Positions 10,150-19,039 of a DNA stretch of 64,000 nt are shown in pieces; the first letter of the stretch is position 1, and every line of letters starts with the position of its first letter. The DNA is from an uncultured Pseudomonadota bacterium (GTDB taxonomy: Bacteria > Pseudomonadota > Alphaproteobacteria > JACZXZ01). The notes beneath the pieces are model-generated. The model was not told where the DNA came from. It ran no database searches and was given only the letters and a program-made list of their open reading frames with translations. Both the position numbers and the translations under genes were made by a program. The stretch spans positions 576,001 to 640,000 of the forward strand of contig CAVVLJ010000020.1 in the NCBI GenBank assembly GCA_963749075.1, given 5' to 3'.

Positions 10150-11477
10150 TATCTCGTGTAGCGCTGCTCCCATTCCGCGGCGATCCGGGTCATCCAGGAG
10201 GGATGCGGCTCGAGCAGCACGTTGCCGAGCTCGGCAGGGGTGGGGAGTGCTGGGCTCTGCGGCAGCTCGGCGAAGAGCTTCTGCTCCTCGGGCGCGAGCT
10301 TGTCCAAGTCGAGCACCGTGAGGCTGCCCATCTGGCGGATGTCCTCGGCATGCGCCTGGGTCGCGGGTGCCAGGAGGAAATTGGCGACCACCATGGCGCC
10401 GGCCTTGTGCGCGGCGTTGTAGGGGATGGCGACGAAGCTCGTGTTGCCGATGGTGCCGCGCGCGAGCGTCGCGGTGCGCACCGAGGGCGGCAGCAGGCCG
10501 GCCGCGATGTCGACCGCCGCCTCGGCCGGATTGAAGGAGATCATCATGTCGAGCTCGCCGTCGTCGAGGAGCTGGCGCATGGCCGGCCCGCTCGCGGGGA
10601 ACTCCCGGCCGCCCCGCCAGAGGAGCGGGCGCAGCGCGTCGTACCAGGACCACAAGGGCGCCGTCACCGCAGCGAAGCTCGCATCGCTCGCCGGCTCCTG
10701 CAAGCGCGCGGGATCGGGTGCGAGCTCGTAGAGCGCCTGCTTCAAGAAGGTGGCGCCGAGGAAATTGCGCACGGCCGGATGGGTGAAGCGGCCGGGATGG
10801 CGGCGCGCCCAGGAAAGAAAGTCGGGGATCGAGCGCGGCACGTCCTCCACACGGGCGCTGTCGTAGACGAAGACGACCTGCGCCATGCGCCACGGCGATT
10901 CGAGGCCGTCCACGGGCACCGTGAAGTCGACGAGGTTGGAGGGCTTGTGGCGCGTGTCGACGTAGCGCATGTTAGGCAAGCGATCGGTGAACGGTCCGTA
11001 GAGCAGGTGCTGCTCCTTCATGGCGAGGAAATTGGGCCCGTTGATCCAGACGAGGTCGACCGCGCCGCCGGCGTCGCGGCCGGCCGCCTTCTCCGCCACC
11101 ACGCGGGTCACCGCCTCGGCGGTGTCGCTGAGCGGCACCTGACGGAGCGTCACGCCATAGCGCCGGCCCACCTCTTGCCCCACCCAGGCGATGAAGTCGT
11201 TGGTCTTGGCGTCGCCCGCCCAGGCGTTCCAATAAACGGTCTCGCCCCGCGCGCGGGCGAGGATGTCGTCCCAGCCCTCGCTGCGTGCCGCGTGGGTCGC
11301 GAGGATCAGGGCGAGGAGTGCGAGGGAGACGAGTGTCAGGCGCCTCGGCCCGCCACGACCCCCCTCCCTACCCTCCCCCTCAAGGGGGGAGGGGCATTTA
11401 CTTGTTATGCTATGCGATGTGCACCCCCTCCCCCCTTGAGGGGGAGGGTTGGGGAGGGGGGTAGGACAGGCGCTCAC
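10149..11477 (-). CDS. ynjB: ABC transporter substrate-binding protein (YnjB-like) with an in-frame palindromic insert in the N-terminus
   Basis: VYWNAWAGD, DLVWINGPNF, GNTSFVAIPYNA, EPHPSW; GTG start overlaps the radical SAM TGA; no ATG/GTG between the insert and the signal h-region. Confidence 0.85.
   Translation of the reverse strand: MSACPTPLPNPPPQGGRGCTSHSITSKCPSPLEGEGREGGRGGPRRLTLVSLALLALILATHAARSEGWDDILARARGETVYWNAWAGDAKTNDFIAWVGQEVGRRYGVTLRQVPLSDTAEAVTRVVAEKAAGRDAGGAVDLVWINGPNFLAMKEQHLLYGPFTDRLPNMRYVDTRHKPSNLVDFTVPVDGLESPWRMAQVVFVYDSARVEDVPRSIPDFLSWARRHPGRFTHPAVRNFLGATFLKQALYELAPDPARLQEPASDASFAAVTAPLWSWYDALRPLLWRGGREFPASGPAMRQLLDDGELDMMISFNPAEAAVDIAAGLLPPSVRTATLARGTIGNTSFVAIPYNAAHKAGAMVVANFLLAPATQAHAEDIRQMGSLTVLDLDKLAPEEQKLFAELPQSPALPTPAELGNVLLEPHPSWMTRIAAEWEQRYTR
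11358..11462. repeat. 105-bp palindromic element, family A (CCCTCCCCC-TCAA/TTGA-GGGGGAGGG double hairpin)
   Basis: Arms ACCCCCCTCCCTACCCTCCCCCTCAAGGGGGGAGGGG and CCCCTCCCCCCTTGAGGGGGAGGGTTGGGGAGGGGGGT are near-perfect reverse complements around an AT-rich spacer. Confidence 0.9.
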
Positions 11478-12538
11478 GCGCCGCGCTCCCTCGCCGCACG
11501 GCGCCGCTCGCGCGCCGCGGCGAGCACGGGCCCCAGCATCTCCTCGTGGAAGCGGTCGCAGCCGATGCAGAGGTTCCGGTAGGGGCGGCCCGCAGGCGTC
11601 GCGGTCGACGAGCGCTCCAGGAAGCGCTCCTCGCTCCAGCCCTGGGCGATGCCCATGCGCTCCGGATGCCCCATCGAGATCGCCTCGTAGGCGGGAACGC
11701 CCGTGAGCGAGTCGAGGATGTCGATGAGGCCGTCCTCCAAGAGGCTGCCCAACGGCAGCTTGGTCTTGATGCAGCACGGGTAGAGGCTGCCGTCGGGCTC
11801 GACGGAGACCTCCGAGCCGCTGTAGCGGTGGCTCAGGAAATTGAGCCCGCCCGACCAGCGATTGCAGAAATTGTCGGCGAGCGTGGCGCGGCTGAGGTCG
11901 TTCTGCCAGGCGCGGCCGCGCGGCCACAGCTTGCCGATCCAGGAGTCGGGCGTGGCGCCGAAGAAGCTGTAGTACTGCCCGCTCTCCTCGTGCCACTTGC
12001 GGCTCTCCGAGGAGAGCCCGGAGGGCGCCATGCCGTGGCGCTCGAAGAGGCGCGAGAGCTCCTCCATGAAGGCGGCCTGGCGCTCGGCCCCCTCGAGGCC
12101 GACGTGGTAATCGTCCACGCCGGCGACGGAGATCATCGAGACGCCGCGAGAGAGGAGCTCGTCCACGATTCTGTCGGTCACGAGATCGCCGGTCGTCTGC
12201 ACCACGATCTTGACGCCGCCTTGGGCCGCATAGCGGCGCGCGAGCCGCTCGATGACCGGATAGGTGACGCGCTCGCGCACCTCGTCGAGGAGGCACTCGC
12301 CGCCCGAGAGGATGACGCGGCCGACCTTCTCGGCAAGCGTGCCGTCGGCTTGCGGCTCGTCGCGGTCGAGATAGGTCATGCGCTCGGGAAAGTGATCGAC
12401 GATGCGGGGGAAATTCGCCGCCGCCTCGGCGAGGACGCCTGCCAGCCCCTCGCGCACGTAGGGATGGAAGCGCTCCTCGTAGCAATGGCGGCAGCGCCGG
12501 TGGCAGGCCCAGCTCATGACGTAGTAGATCGATTCCAT
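11474..12538 (-). CDS. Radical SAM protein with a C-terminal Cys-containing (SPASM/Twitch-like) region
   Basis: CHRRCRHC (CxxxCxxC), SGGE motif, C-terminal FCNRW...PDGSLYPCC...CIGCD. Confidence 0.9.
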   Translation of the reverse strand: MESIYYVMSWACHRRCRHCYEERFHPYVREGLAGVLAEAAANFPRIVDHFPERMTYLDRDEPQADGTLAEKVGRVILSGGECLLDEVRERVTYPVIERLARRYAAQGGVKIVVQTTGDLVTDRIVDELLSRGVSMISVAGVDDYHVGLEGAERQAAFMEELSRLFERHGMAPSGLSSESRKWHEESGQYYSFFGATPDSWIGKLWPRGRAWQNDLSRATLADNFCNRWSGGLNFLSHRYSGSEVSVEPDGSLYPCCIKTKLPLGSLLEDGLIDILDSLTGVPAYEAISMGHPERMGIAQGWSEERFLERSSTATPAGRPYRNLCIGCDRFHEEMLGPVLAAARERRRAARERGA

Positions 12539-12572
12539 GGGACTCCCCGGCCTCGCCTCGGCGCCGGCGCGC

Positions 12573-13376
12573 TTACGCCTGCGGCCGCCAGCGAAGAAGA
12601 TAGCGCTCCACGCGCTCGATCGCGAGGTCGATGCCGAGCACCACGATCGAGGTGAGGATGAGGCCGGCGAAGACCCCGGTGGTGTCGAAGACGCCCTGCG
12701 CCTGGGCCACCACGTAGCCGATGCCCTTGGAGGCGCCGATGTACTCGCCGACCACGGCACCCACGAGTGCGAAGCCGATCGAGGTATGGAGGCTCGAGAA
12801 GATCCAGGCCATGGCCGAGGGCAGATAGACGTGGCGCATGAGCTGATGGTCGGAGGCCTGCAGCATGCGCGCGTTGTTGAGGATGACGGGATCGACCTCG
12901 CGTATGCCCTGAAAGGTGTTGAAGAACACCACGAAGAACACGAGCGTCACGCCGAGCGCGATCTTGGAGGCCATGCCGAGCCCGAACCAGATGATGAGGA
13001 TGGGGGCGAGGATGACGCGCGGCAGCGCGTTCATGACGCGGATATAGGGGTCGAACACGGCGGCGAGGAGCTCGACCCGCGCGAGCGCCAGGCCTGCCGC
13101 GACGCCGGTCACGATGCCGATCGCGAAGGCGGCCATCGCCTCGGTGAGCGTCGTCGCCAGATGGATCCAGATGTAGCCGGTCCAGATCCACTGCGCCATG
13201 CGCAGGGCGATTTGAGACGGCATGCTGAAGAAAAAGGGATCGAGCCAGCCCGTACGCGAGAGCGCCTCCCAGGCGCCCATGCTCGCCGCGAAGAAGCCGA
13301 TCCGCAGCGCGAGGATGAGCCGGCGGCTCGTCCGCTTGCGCGTGACGACGACGGCGGCGCTCTGCTCACGTGCCAC
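12573..13376 (-). CDS. ABC transporter permease, NitT/TauT family
   Basis: NALPRVILAPILIIWFGLG, GAVVGEYIG motifs. Confidence 0.9.
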   Translation of the reverse strand: MAREQSAAVVVTRKRTSRRLILALRIGFFAASMGAWEALSRTGWLDPFFFSMPSQIALRMAQWIWTGYIWIHLATTLTEAMAAFAIGIVTGVAAGLALARVELLAAVFDPYIRVMNALPRVILAPILIIWFGLGMASKIALGVTLVFFVVFFNTFQGIREVDPVILNNARMLQASDHQLMRHVYLPSAMAWIFSSLHTSIGFALVGAVVGEYIGASKGIGYVVAQAQGVFDTTGVFAGLILTSIVVLGIDLAIERVERYLLRWRPQA

Positions 13377-14217
13377 GGCCGGGCTCCGCGCGGTCCTCTG
13401 CCATGTGCTTCATCACCTCGTCGCGCAGGTCCGCCCAGATGCGCTTGTAGAGCGCGTTGAAGGCGGGATCGAGGCGGATCTCGGCCACGTCGCGCGGCCG
13501 CTTAAGCGCGATGCCGTAGTCGCCCTTGAGGCGCGCCGGGCCGGTCGAGAGCACGACCACGCGGTCGGCGAGTGCGATCGCCTCCTCGAGGTCGTGGGTG
13601 ATGAAGAGCACGGTCTTGCTGCTGCCCTGCCACAGCTCGAGTAGCTCGTTCTCCATGATCTGGCGCGTCTGCACGTCGAGGGAGGCGAAGGGCTCGTCCA
13701 TGAGGAGGATGCGCGGGTCTGTGATCCACGCCTGGGCGATCGCTGCGCGCTTGCGCATGCCGCCCGAGAGCTGGTGGGGAAAGCGGTCCTCGAAGCCGGC
13801 GAGGCCGACGCGCGCGAGCCAGCGCCGCGCCTCGGCCCTGGCCTCGGCGTGAGCGACGCCGCGGAAGACGAGGCCGAGCTTGACGTTGTCGAGCACCGTG
13901 CGCCACGGCAGCAGGGCATCTTGCTGGAAGAGATAGGCGGCGTGCGGGTTGACGCCCGTGAGCTGCTCGCCGAACACCGAGACGCGCCCCTCGGGCGGAA
14001 AGAGGAGCCCGGCGGCGGCGTTGAGCAGGGTCGATTTGCCGCAGCCCGACGGCCCCACGATGGCGACGAAGGTTCCCGTCTCGATTGCGAGATCGATGCC
14101 GCTCATCACCGTGTGGACGGCGCCCGCGGGCGTGGCGAAGCGCACGGTCACGCCCTCGAAGGCGATCGCCGGCGCGCCGTCAGGCCGGGGCACCGGCCCG
14201 CCTGCAATAGACGCCAC
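13366..14217 (-). CDS. ABC transporter ATP-binding protein, NitT/TauT family
   Basis: GPSGCGKS, FQQDALLPWRTV, LSGGMRKR, LLMDEPF; start approximate (GTG). Confidence 0.9.
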   Translation of the reverse strand: MASIAGGPVPRPDGAPAIAFEGVTVRFATPAGAVHTVMSGIDLAIETGTFVAIVGPSGCGKSTLLNAAAGLLFPPEGRVSVFGEQLTGVNPHAAYLFQQDALLPWRTVLDNVKLGLVFRGVAHAEARAEARRWLARVGLAGFEDRFPHQLSGGMRKRAAIAQAWITDPRILLMDEPFASLDVQTRQIMENELLELWQGSSKTVLFITHDLEEAIALADRVVVLSTGPARLKGDYGIALKRPRDVAEIRLDPAFNALYKRIWADLRDEVMKHMAEDRAEPGRGT

Positions 14218-14240
14218 CCGCCCCCATGCGGTCCCGCCGC

Positions 14241-15311
14241 TCAGTGGGTGGGGATGCCGAACTTCGCGGCCGCCTTCTCGGCGTAGGCATTGGTGTAGGT
14301 CTTCGCGAGATCGACGTGGGCCTGCGCCACCTCGGCGTCCGACTGGCTGAAGACGTCCAGCACCGCCTGGGCGCCCTTCGGGTCCATGAGGCCGTTCTCC
14401 GAGTACATGGGGATCGTGTTGACGAGGGCTGCGAGATAGAGCGCCTTGTCCTGGCCCACGTATTCCGCGGGCATCTTCTCCATGATCTCCGCGGGCGTGT
14501 GCCCATGAATCCACTTGAGCGTCTCGACGACGGCATCGGTCAGCCCCTGGGCCTCCTTGGCGTGGGCTGCCACCCAGGCCTCAGGCGCGTAGAGGGCGCC
14601 GCCCGGGTAATCGCCGCCGAACACCTTGCGCGTGTCCGCGGCGGTGCGCGTGTCGACCAGGATGCGCAAGTCCTTGTGGCGCGCCTTGAGCTGGGTCACC
14701 GCCGGGTCGAGCATGACGGCCGCCTGCACCTGGCCCTGCTCCATCGCGGCAATCGCCGTGGCGCCGAGGCCGACGCCGAGGGCCGGCACCTTGGCCGGGT
14801 CGTAGCCGCCCTTCTTGAGCGCGTATTTGAGGAAGAAATCGGTGGACGAGCCGGGTGCCGAGACGCCGACGTTGTGGCCGACGAGGTCGCCCACGGATTT
14901 GATCGTATCGGTGAACTTGGGCGAGACCACGAGGACGAGGCCGGGGAAGCGGTCGTAGATCACGAAGGCCTCGAGGAGCTTGCCCTTGGGCGCGAGCTCG
15001 ACCGTATGGTCGTAATAGCCGGAGACCACGTCGGCGCTGCCGCCGAGCACCGCGGTCAAGGCCTCGGAGCCGCCCTTGAGCGCGATCATCTCCACGTCGA
15101 CGCCGTTCTTCGCATAGAGGCCGAGCTGGTTGGCCAGCACCGTCGGCAGATAGCAGAGGCAACCGGCACCGCCGATGGCGAGCTTCACGTGGGGATTGTC
15201 CGCCGCTTCAGCCGCACCGACGCCAGAGAGCAGCCCGGCCGCCAGCGCTATCGCCGCGATCCGCCGCAAGGTCGCGCGGCCGCCTCGCGGCATCTTCCAT
15301 GGGTTTCCCAT
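14241..15311 (-). CDS. ABC transporter substrate-binding protein, NMT1/SsuA/THI5-like
   Basis: Signal peptide, CLCYLP, GVSAPGSST, GGDYPGG motifs; GAGGA RBS. Confidence 0.88.
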   Translation of the reverse strand: MGNPWKMPRGGRATLRRIAAIALAAGLLSGVGAAEAADNPHVKLAIGGAGCLCYLPTVLANQLGLYAKNGVDVEMIALKGGSEALTAVLGGSADVVSGYYDHTVELAPKGKLLEAFVIYDRFPGLVLVVSPKFTDTIKSVGDLVGHNVGVSAPGSSTDFFLKYALKKGGYDPAKVPALGVGLGATAIAAMEQGQVQAAVMLDPAVTQLKARHKDLRILVDTRTAADTRKVFGGDYPGGALYAPEAWVAAHAKEAQGLTDAVVETLKWIHGHTPAEIMEKMPAEYVGQDKALYLAALVNTIPMYSENGLMDPKGAQAVLDVFSQSDAEVAQAHVDLAKTYTNAYAEKAAAKFGIPTH

Positions 15312-15414
15312 CACCGTTTCCTCCCTTGGGGGCAATTACGTTGACCGCCTCGTCTCAGGGCATGGCGCTACCCTAGCGGGCGGGGGCAGCGCGAACAAGG
15401 GGCGGTCGAGTACG

Positions 15415-15583
15415 CCTGCAGTACCGCCGTGGGTCCTTCGAGACGCGCCCCTTCGGGGCGCTCCTCAGGACGAGGTCAATTTGTGTGTGGCAGAAATGCT
15501 GTTCCTCGTCCTGAGGAGCGAGCGCAGCGAGCGTCTCGAAGGACCCACCGTAGCCGGTCCGAGACACCTTTGACCACGCGGCG
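15415..15583. repeat. Palindromic element family B, copy 1
   Basis: GGGTCCTTCGAGACG...CTCCTCAGGACGAG / CTCGTCCTGAGGAGCG...CGTCTCGAAGGACCC; inverted homolog at 52812-52973. Confidence 0.85.
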
Positions 15584-15621
15584 CTACGGGAGGGTAATGC
15601 GCGCGTCAACGGCCGTGCGTG

Positions 15622-16215
15622 CTAGCGCTCGCCGCCCGGATAGTGCTTTTCCAGCGTCGCGCCGCACGTCTCGACCGCGGCGATGAAGCCGTCGGCAAGC
15701 CGGCCCGCCTGGACCGCGGCGACGAAGCGGGCGACGAGCTGATTCCAGGTGTCCGGCGCGACGCGGCCGTGGATCTCGCGGTCGGCGAGCACCTCGACGT
15801 AACGCTCGCCGAGCGACACGAAGAACAGCACGCCATTGCGGTGCTGCGCGCTGCCCACGATTCGGGTGGCGAACTCGCGCTGAGCGAGCTGCCGCGCGTG
15901 CTCGCGCCTGATGGCGCCAGGGACGATGCGCAAGCGGAGCGGCCGCCAATCGAGAACGAGAGCGAGCGCTATGAAGAGCGCGGCGTTGACGAGGAAGCCC
16001 TCGCCGATGGAGAGCGCCGGGCGGAGCAGCGCCAGCACGCCCGTGACCGAGAGCGCGGCGACCGCGGCCCAGGCCACCGGGAAAAGCGCATAGCGCTCGC
16101 TCGCCGGCACGATCACGAGTGCTATGTGCGCGCTGGTTCGACGTTCCGCGTCGGCAACGGCGGCGCCGATGCGCTCGCGCTCCTCTTGCGTGAGGGGAAC
16201 CTTGGCCGTCACCAT
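15622..16215 (-). CDS. TPM-domain membrane protein
   Basis: ERIGAAVADAERRTSAHI, GVLFFVSLGERYVEVLADREI. Confidence 0.85.
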   Translation of the reverse strand: MVTAKVPLTQEERERIGAAVADAERRTSAHIALVIVPASERYALFPVAWAAVAALSVTGVLALLRPALSIGEGFLVNAALFIALALVLDWRPLRLRIVPGAIRREHARQLAQREFATRIVGSAQHRNGVLFFVSLGERYVEVLADREIHGRVAPDTWNQLVARFVAAVQAGRLADGFIAAVETCGATLEKHYPGGER

Positions 16216-16991
16216 GAGCCGGAAGCGCCTCCGCCGCCGAACGATCCGCCGCCGCCCGAGAAGCCGCCGCCAGAGAAGCCGCCCCCGCCGGACGAGCTGC
16301 CGGACGACCCGCCGAGCCAGAAGACCGAGCCGTGGCCGTGGCGATGCGGGTCGTGGCGGTGCCGCCACAAGCCGACGAGGACGATGCCCCAGATGCCGAA
16401 GAAGACCAGGCACCAGAGCGGGATGAAGATGGCGAGAAAGAGGGGGCTATCCTCCGCCTTCCCCCCGCCCGCGACCGCCTGCTCGCCGCCGAGCACGCGC
16501 AGCATGGCGGCGGTGCCGTTGCGCACGGCGGCGTCGAAATCGCCGCGGCGGAAGGCCGGCAGGATCACCTGCTCGATGATGACGCGGCTCTCGGCGTCGG
16601 TGAGGCGGCCCTCGAGGCCGTAGCCCACCTCGATGCGCACCTTGTGCTCGTTGGGCGCCACCAGGAGGATGGCGCCGTTGTCGCGCCCCTTCTGGCCGAT
16701 GCCCCAGCTGCGGCCGAGCTGGTAGCCGAAATCCTCGATCGCATAGCCTTGCAGCGACTTGACCGTCGCCACCACGATCTGCTCGCCCGTCGCCTTCTCG
16801 CGCGCGGCCAGCATCTCGGTGATCTCGTCGCGGGTCTTGGGCGACAGGATGCCGGCGTCGTCGACGACGCGGCCGCTCAGCTGAGGGAAGGACGGTGCCG
16901 CGGCGGCGACCGCCCCCAGGACCAGCCAGAGCGCCGCGGCGGCGCCCACGAACGCGGCGTGCCGGCGCCGCGGCCTCGGCCGAGGCGCCAT
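16209..16991 (-). CDS. TPM-domain protein (YgcG-like) with Gly-rich tail
   Basis: GRVVDDAGILS, WGIGQKGRDNG, RIEVGYGLEG, GGGSFGGGGASGSW. Confidence 0.9.
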   Translation of the reverse strand: MAPRPRPRRRHAAFVGAAAALWLVLGAVAAAAPSFPQLSGRVVDDAGILSPKTRDEITEMLAAREKATGEQIVVATVKSLQGYAIEDFGYQLGRSWGIGQKGRDNGAILLVAPNEHKVRIEVGYGLEGRLTDAESRVIIEQVILPAFRRGDFDAAVRNGTAAMLRVLGGEQAVAGGGKAEDSPLFLAIFIPLWCLVFFGIWGIVLVGLWRHRHDPHRHGHGSVFWLGGSSGSSSGGGGFSGGGFSGGGGSFGGGGASGSW

Positions 16992-17593
16992 CAGAACTTG
17001 ACCTGGGGCGGCTGCTGCGCCTGCTCGGAGATGGAGAAGGTCTCCTTGACCGTGGCATCGGGATAGAGCAGGGCCGCGATCCAGCGGCTGGGGATCGAGC
17101 GCAGCGTCGTGTTGTAGCGCTGCACCGCCTCGATGTAGTCGCGCCGCGCCACGGCGATGCGGTTCTCGGTGCCTTCGAGCTGCGATTGCAATGCCAAGAA
17201 ATTCTGGTCCGATTTGAGCTGGGGATAGCTCTCGCTCACCGCCAGGAGGCGCCCCAGCGCGCCGGTCAATGCGGCCTGGTTCTGCTCGAAGAGCTTGAAC
17301 GCATCGGGGTTGGTCAGAATGTTGGCCGGCAGTTGCATCTGCGTCGCCTTGGCGCGCGCCTCGGTGACGGCGGTGAGCACCTGCTGCTCCTGGCGGGCAT
17401 AGCCCTTCACCGTCTCGACGAGGTTCGGAATGAGGTCGGCGCGCCTCTGGTACTGGTTCAGCACCTGGCTCCACGCCGCCTTGACAGCCTCGTCCTGACG
17501 CGGCACCGCGTTGATGTCGGAGGCGGCGAGGGCGAGCGCGCCGAGCAGGACCACGGCGATGACCGCCGTTGCACCGCGAGACAAGCCGAACAT
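16991..17593 (-). CDS. lemA: LemA family protein
   Basis: YQRRADLIPNLVETVKGYA, YPQLKSDQNF, LEGTENRIAVARRDY. Confidence 0.95.
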   Translation of the reverse strand: MFGLSRGATAVIAVVLLGALALAASDINAVPRQDEAVKAAWSQVLNQYQRRADLIPNLVETVKGYARQEQQVLTAVTEARAKATQMQLPANILTNPDAFKLFEQNQAALTGALGRLLAVSESYPQLKSDQNFLALQSQLEGTENRIAVARRDYIEAVQRYNTTLRSIPSRWIAALLYPDATVKETFSISEQAQQPPQVKF

Positions 17594-17654
17594 CTCTACT
17601 CTCCCCCTGGGCGCAGCTCGAGGCAAGCTGCCTCGGCTAGCCCGGCATCGGGCG

Positions 17655-18359
17655 CTACTTGGCCAGCACGATCTCCACGCGGCGGTTCTTCTGGCGGCCC
17701 GCGGGATCGTCGGAGCCGTCGGGCTTGGTGTTGGGCGCCACCGGCTTGGTGGCGCCGAAGCCTTGCGTCGTCATCTTGACGTGGCCCAGCCCCTCTTTCT
17801 GCGCGAGCCACTGCTTCACGGATTCGGCGCGGCGCTCGGAGAGCTTCTGGTTGTAGGACGGGGTACCCTTGCCGTCGGTGTGGCCGTCGATGCGCACGCT
17901 GCGCCCCTTGCCCTTGTCCCTGATGATCCCGGCGACCGTATGGAGTGCTGCCGCCGCCTCGGGCTTGATCGTCGCCTTGTCGAAGTCGAAGAGCACGTTG
18001 GCCGAGAGCTCGATGCGGATCTCGGTGGCGGTCTCCTTGACCTGGAGGTCCTTGACCCCGCCCGAAAGATCGACCGCCTTGCCCCCGGTGCCCGCGGCGG
18101 CACCGCCGATCGCCTCGTTCTTGCCGGCGAGATCGACGACGATGAATTTCAGGTCGGTGATCCGGCCGGAAAGATCGAGAAGCTTCGCTCCGGCGTCCAG
18201 AACCTTCCCTGCGGCGCCGCCGGACCCGCCGCCCAAATCGACGACGGTGAACACAAGATCGAGCGTCTTCCCGCCGAGCGGTCCGCCCGCACCCTCCTGG
18301 GCCGGCGCCGCGCTGGCGCCGGCGGCGAGAAGAAGCGCAACGCAGCCAGCCAGGCGCAT
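17655..18359 (-). CDS. OmpA-family protein with repetitive N-terminal region
   Basis: Signal peptide; VLFDFDKATIK, GHTDGKG, YNQKLSERRA, NRRVEI. Confidence 0.9.
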   Translation of the reverse strand: MRLAGCVALLLAAGASAAPAQEGAGGPLGGKTLDLVFTVVDLGGGSGGAAGKVLDAGAKLLDLSGRITDLKFIVVDLAGKNEAIGGAAAGTGGKAVDLSGGVKDLQVKETATEIRIELSANVLFDFDKATIKPEAAAALHTVAGIIRDKGKGRSVRIDGHTDGKGTPSYNQKLSERRAESVKQWLAQKEGLGHVKMTTQGFGATKPVAPNTKPDGSDDPAGRQKNRRVEIVLAK

Positions 18360-18373
18360 CGCACCGGCTCCCT

Positions 18374-18839
18374 TCACTTGGCGAGCGGCACGTCGTCCAT
18401 GGGGATGAAATGCGGCACGACCACGCCGATCTTGTCGACGCCGTCGGGCGGCGCCGGGAATTTTACCCACAAGTTGATGCTGGCATGCGGGGCAATTTGG
18501 GGGATGTTGCGGCTGCAGACGCAAGTCTTGTCGGCGTCATGGATCGCCTCGTACTTCTTCTTGCCGGCCAGATCGACGAGATAGACGCCGTCGACGCTAT
18601 ATGACTCCTGGGCCCACAAACTGTCGAAAATTCGAACCCCCGAGTCCGAATCATTGAATACCGTGAAGCGCAGCATGACGGTTCCGCCGGTCACACGCTT
18701 CAGCTCCAGGACGTTCGATGCGAGTGCCCGTCGCCTCGCCGTCGGTGGAGGCGATGGGCGCTGCCGCAACCGGCTGCAATAGGGCGAACATCGACAAGCC
18801 GCAGAGCATCGCCAGCCAGACCAGTTTTCGCATAGCCAT
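18374..18839 (-). CDS. Secreted Ig-like hypothetical protein, +1 frameshift near 18714
   Basis: Signal peptide MAMRKLVWLAM... continues after a one-base shift into VLELKRVTGGTVMLRF...KKKYE...CVCS...FPAPP; GAGGGGG RBS. Confidence 0.7.
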
Positions 18840-19039
18840 GACCCCCCCCTCATGCTGTCCCGACAAGCATTCGCGACGATCTTAAGAACCAAGATGAGAA
18901 CGGTTGCCCCGTCAGCCGCGAGAGATTAGCCGGTATTCCCCCGGCGATTGAACTCTAGACGCATTAGAATATAGAATTTTCCTTCGAGATGCACCGGAGA
19001 TTCATGGACGAGCGATGCCATATTCCGCCGAGGCCCGCC

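Noticed and set aside
16209-16370. Gly-rich and His-rich low-complexity tract
   Set aside because: The GGGFSGGG tail is a normal feature of YgcG/TPM proteins; the His patch is too short to support a claim
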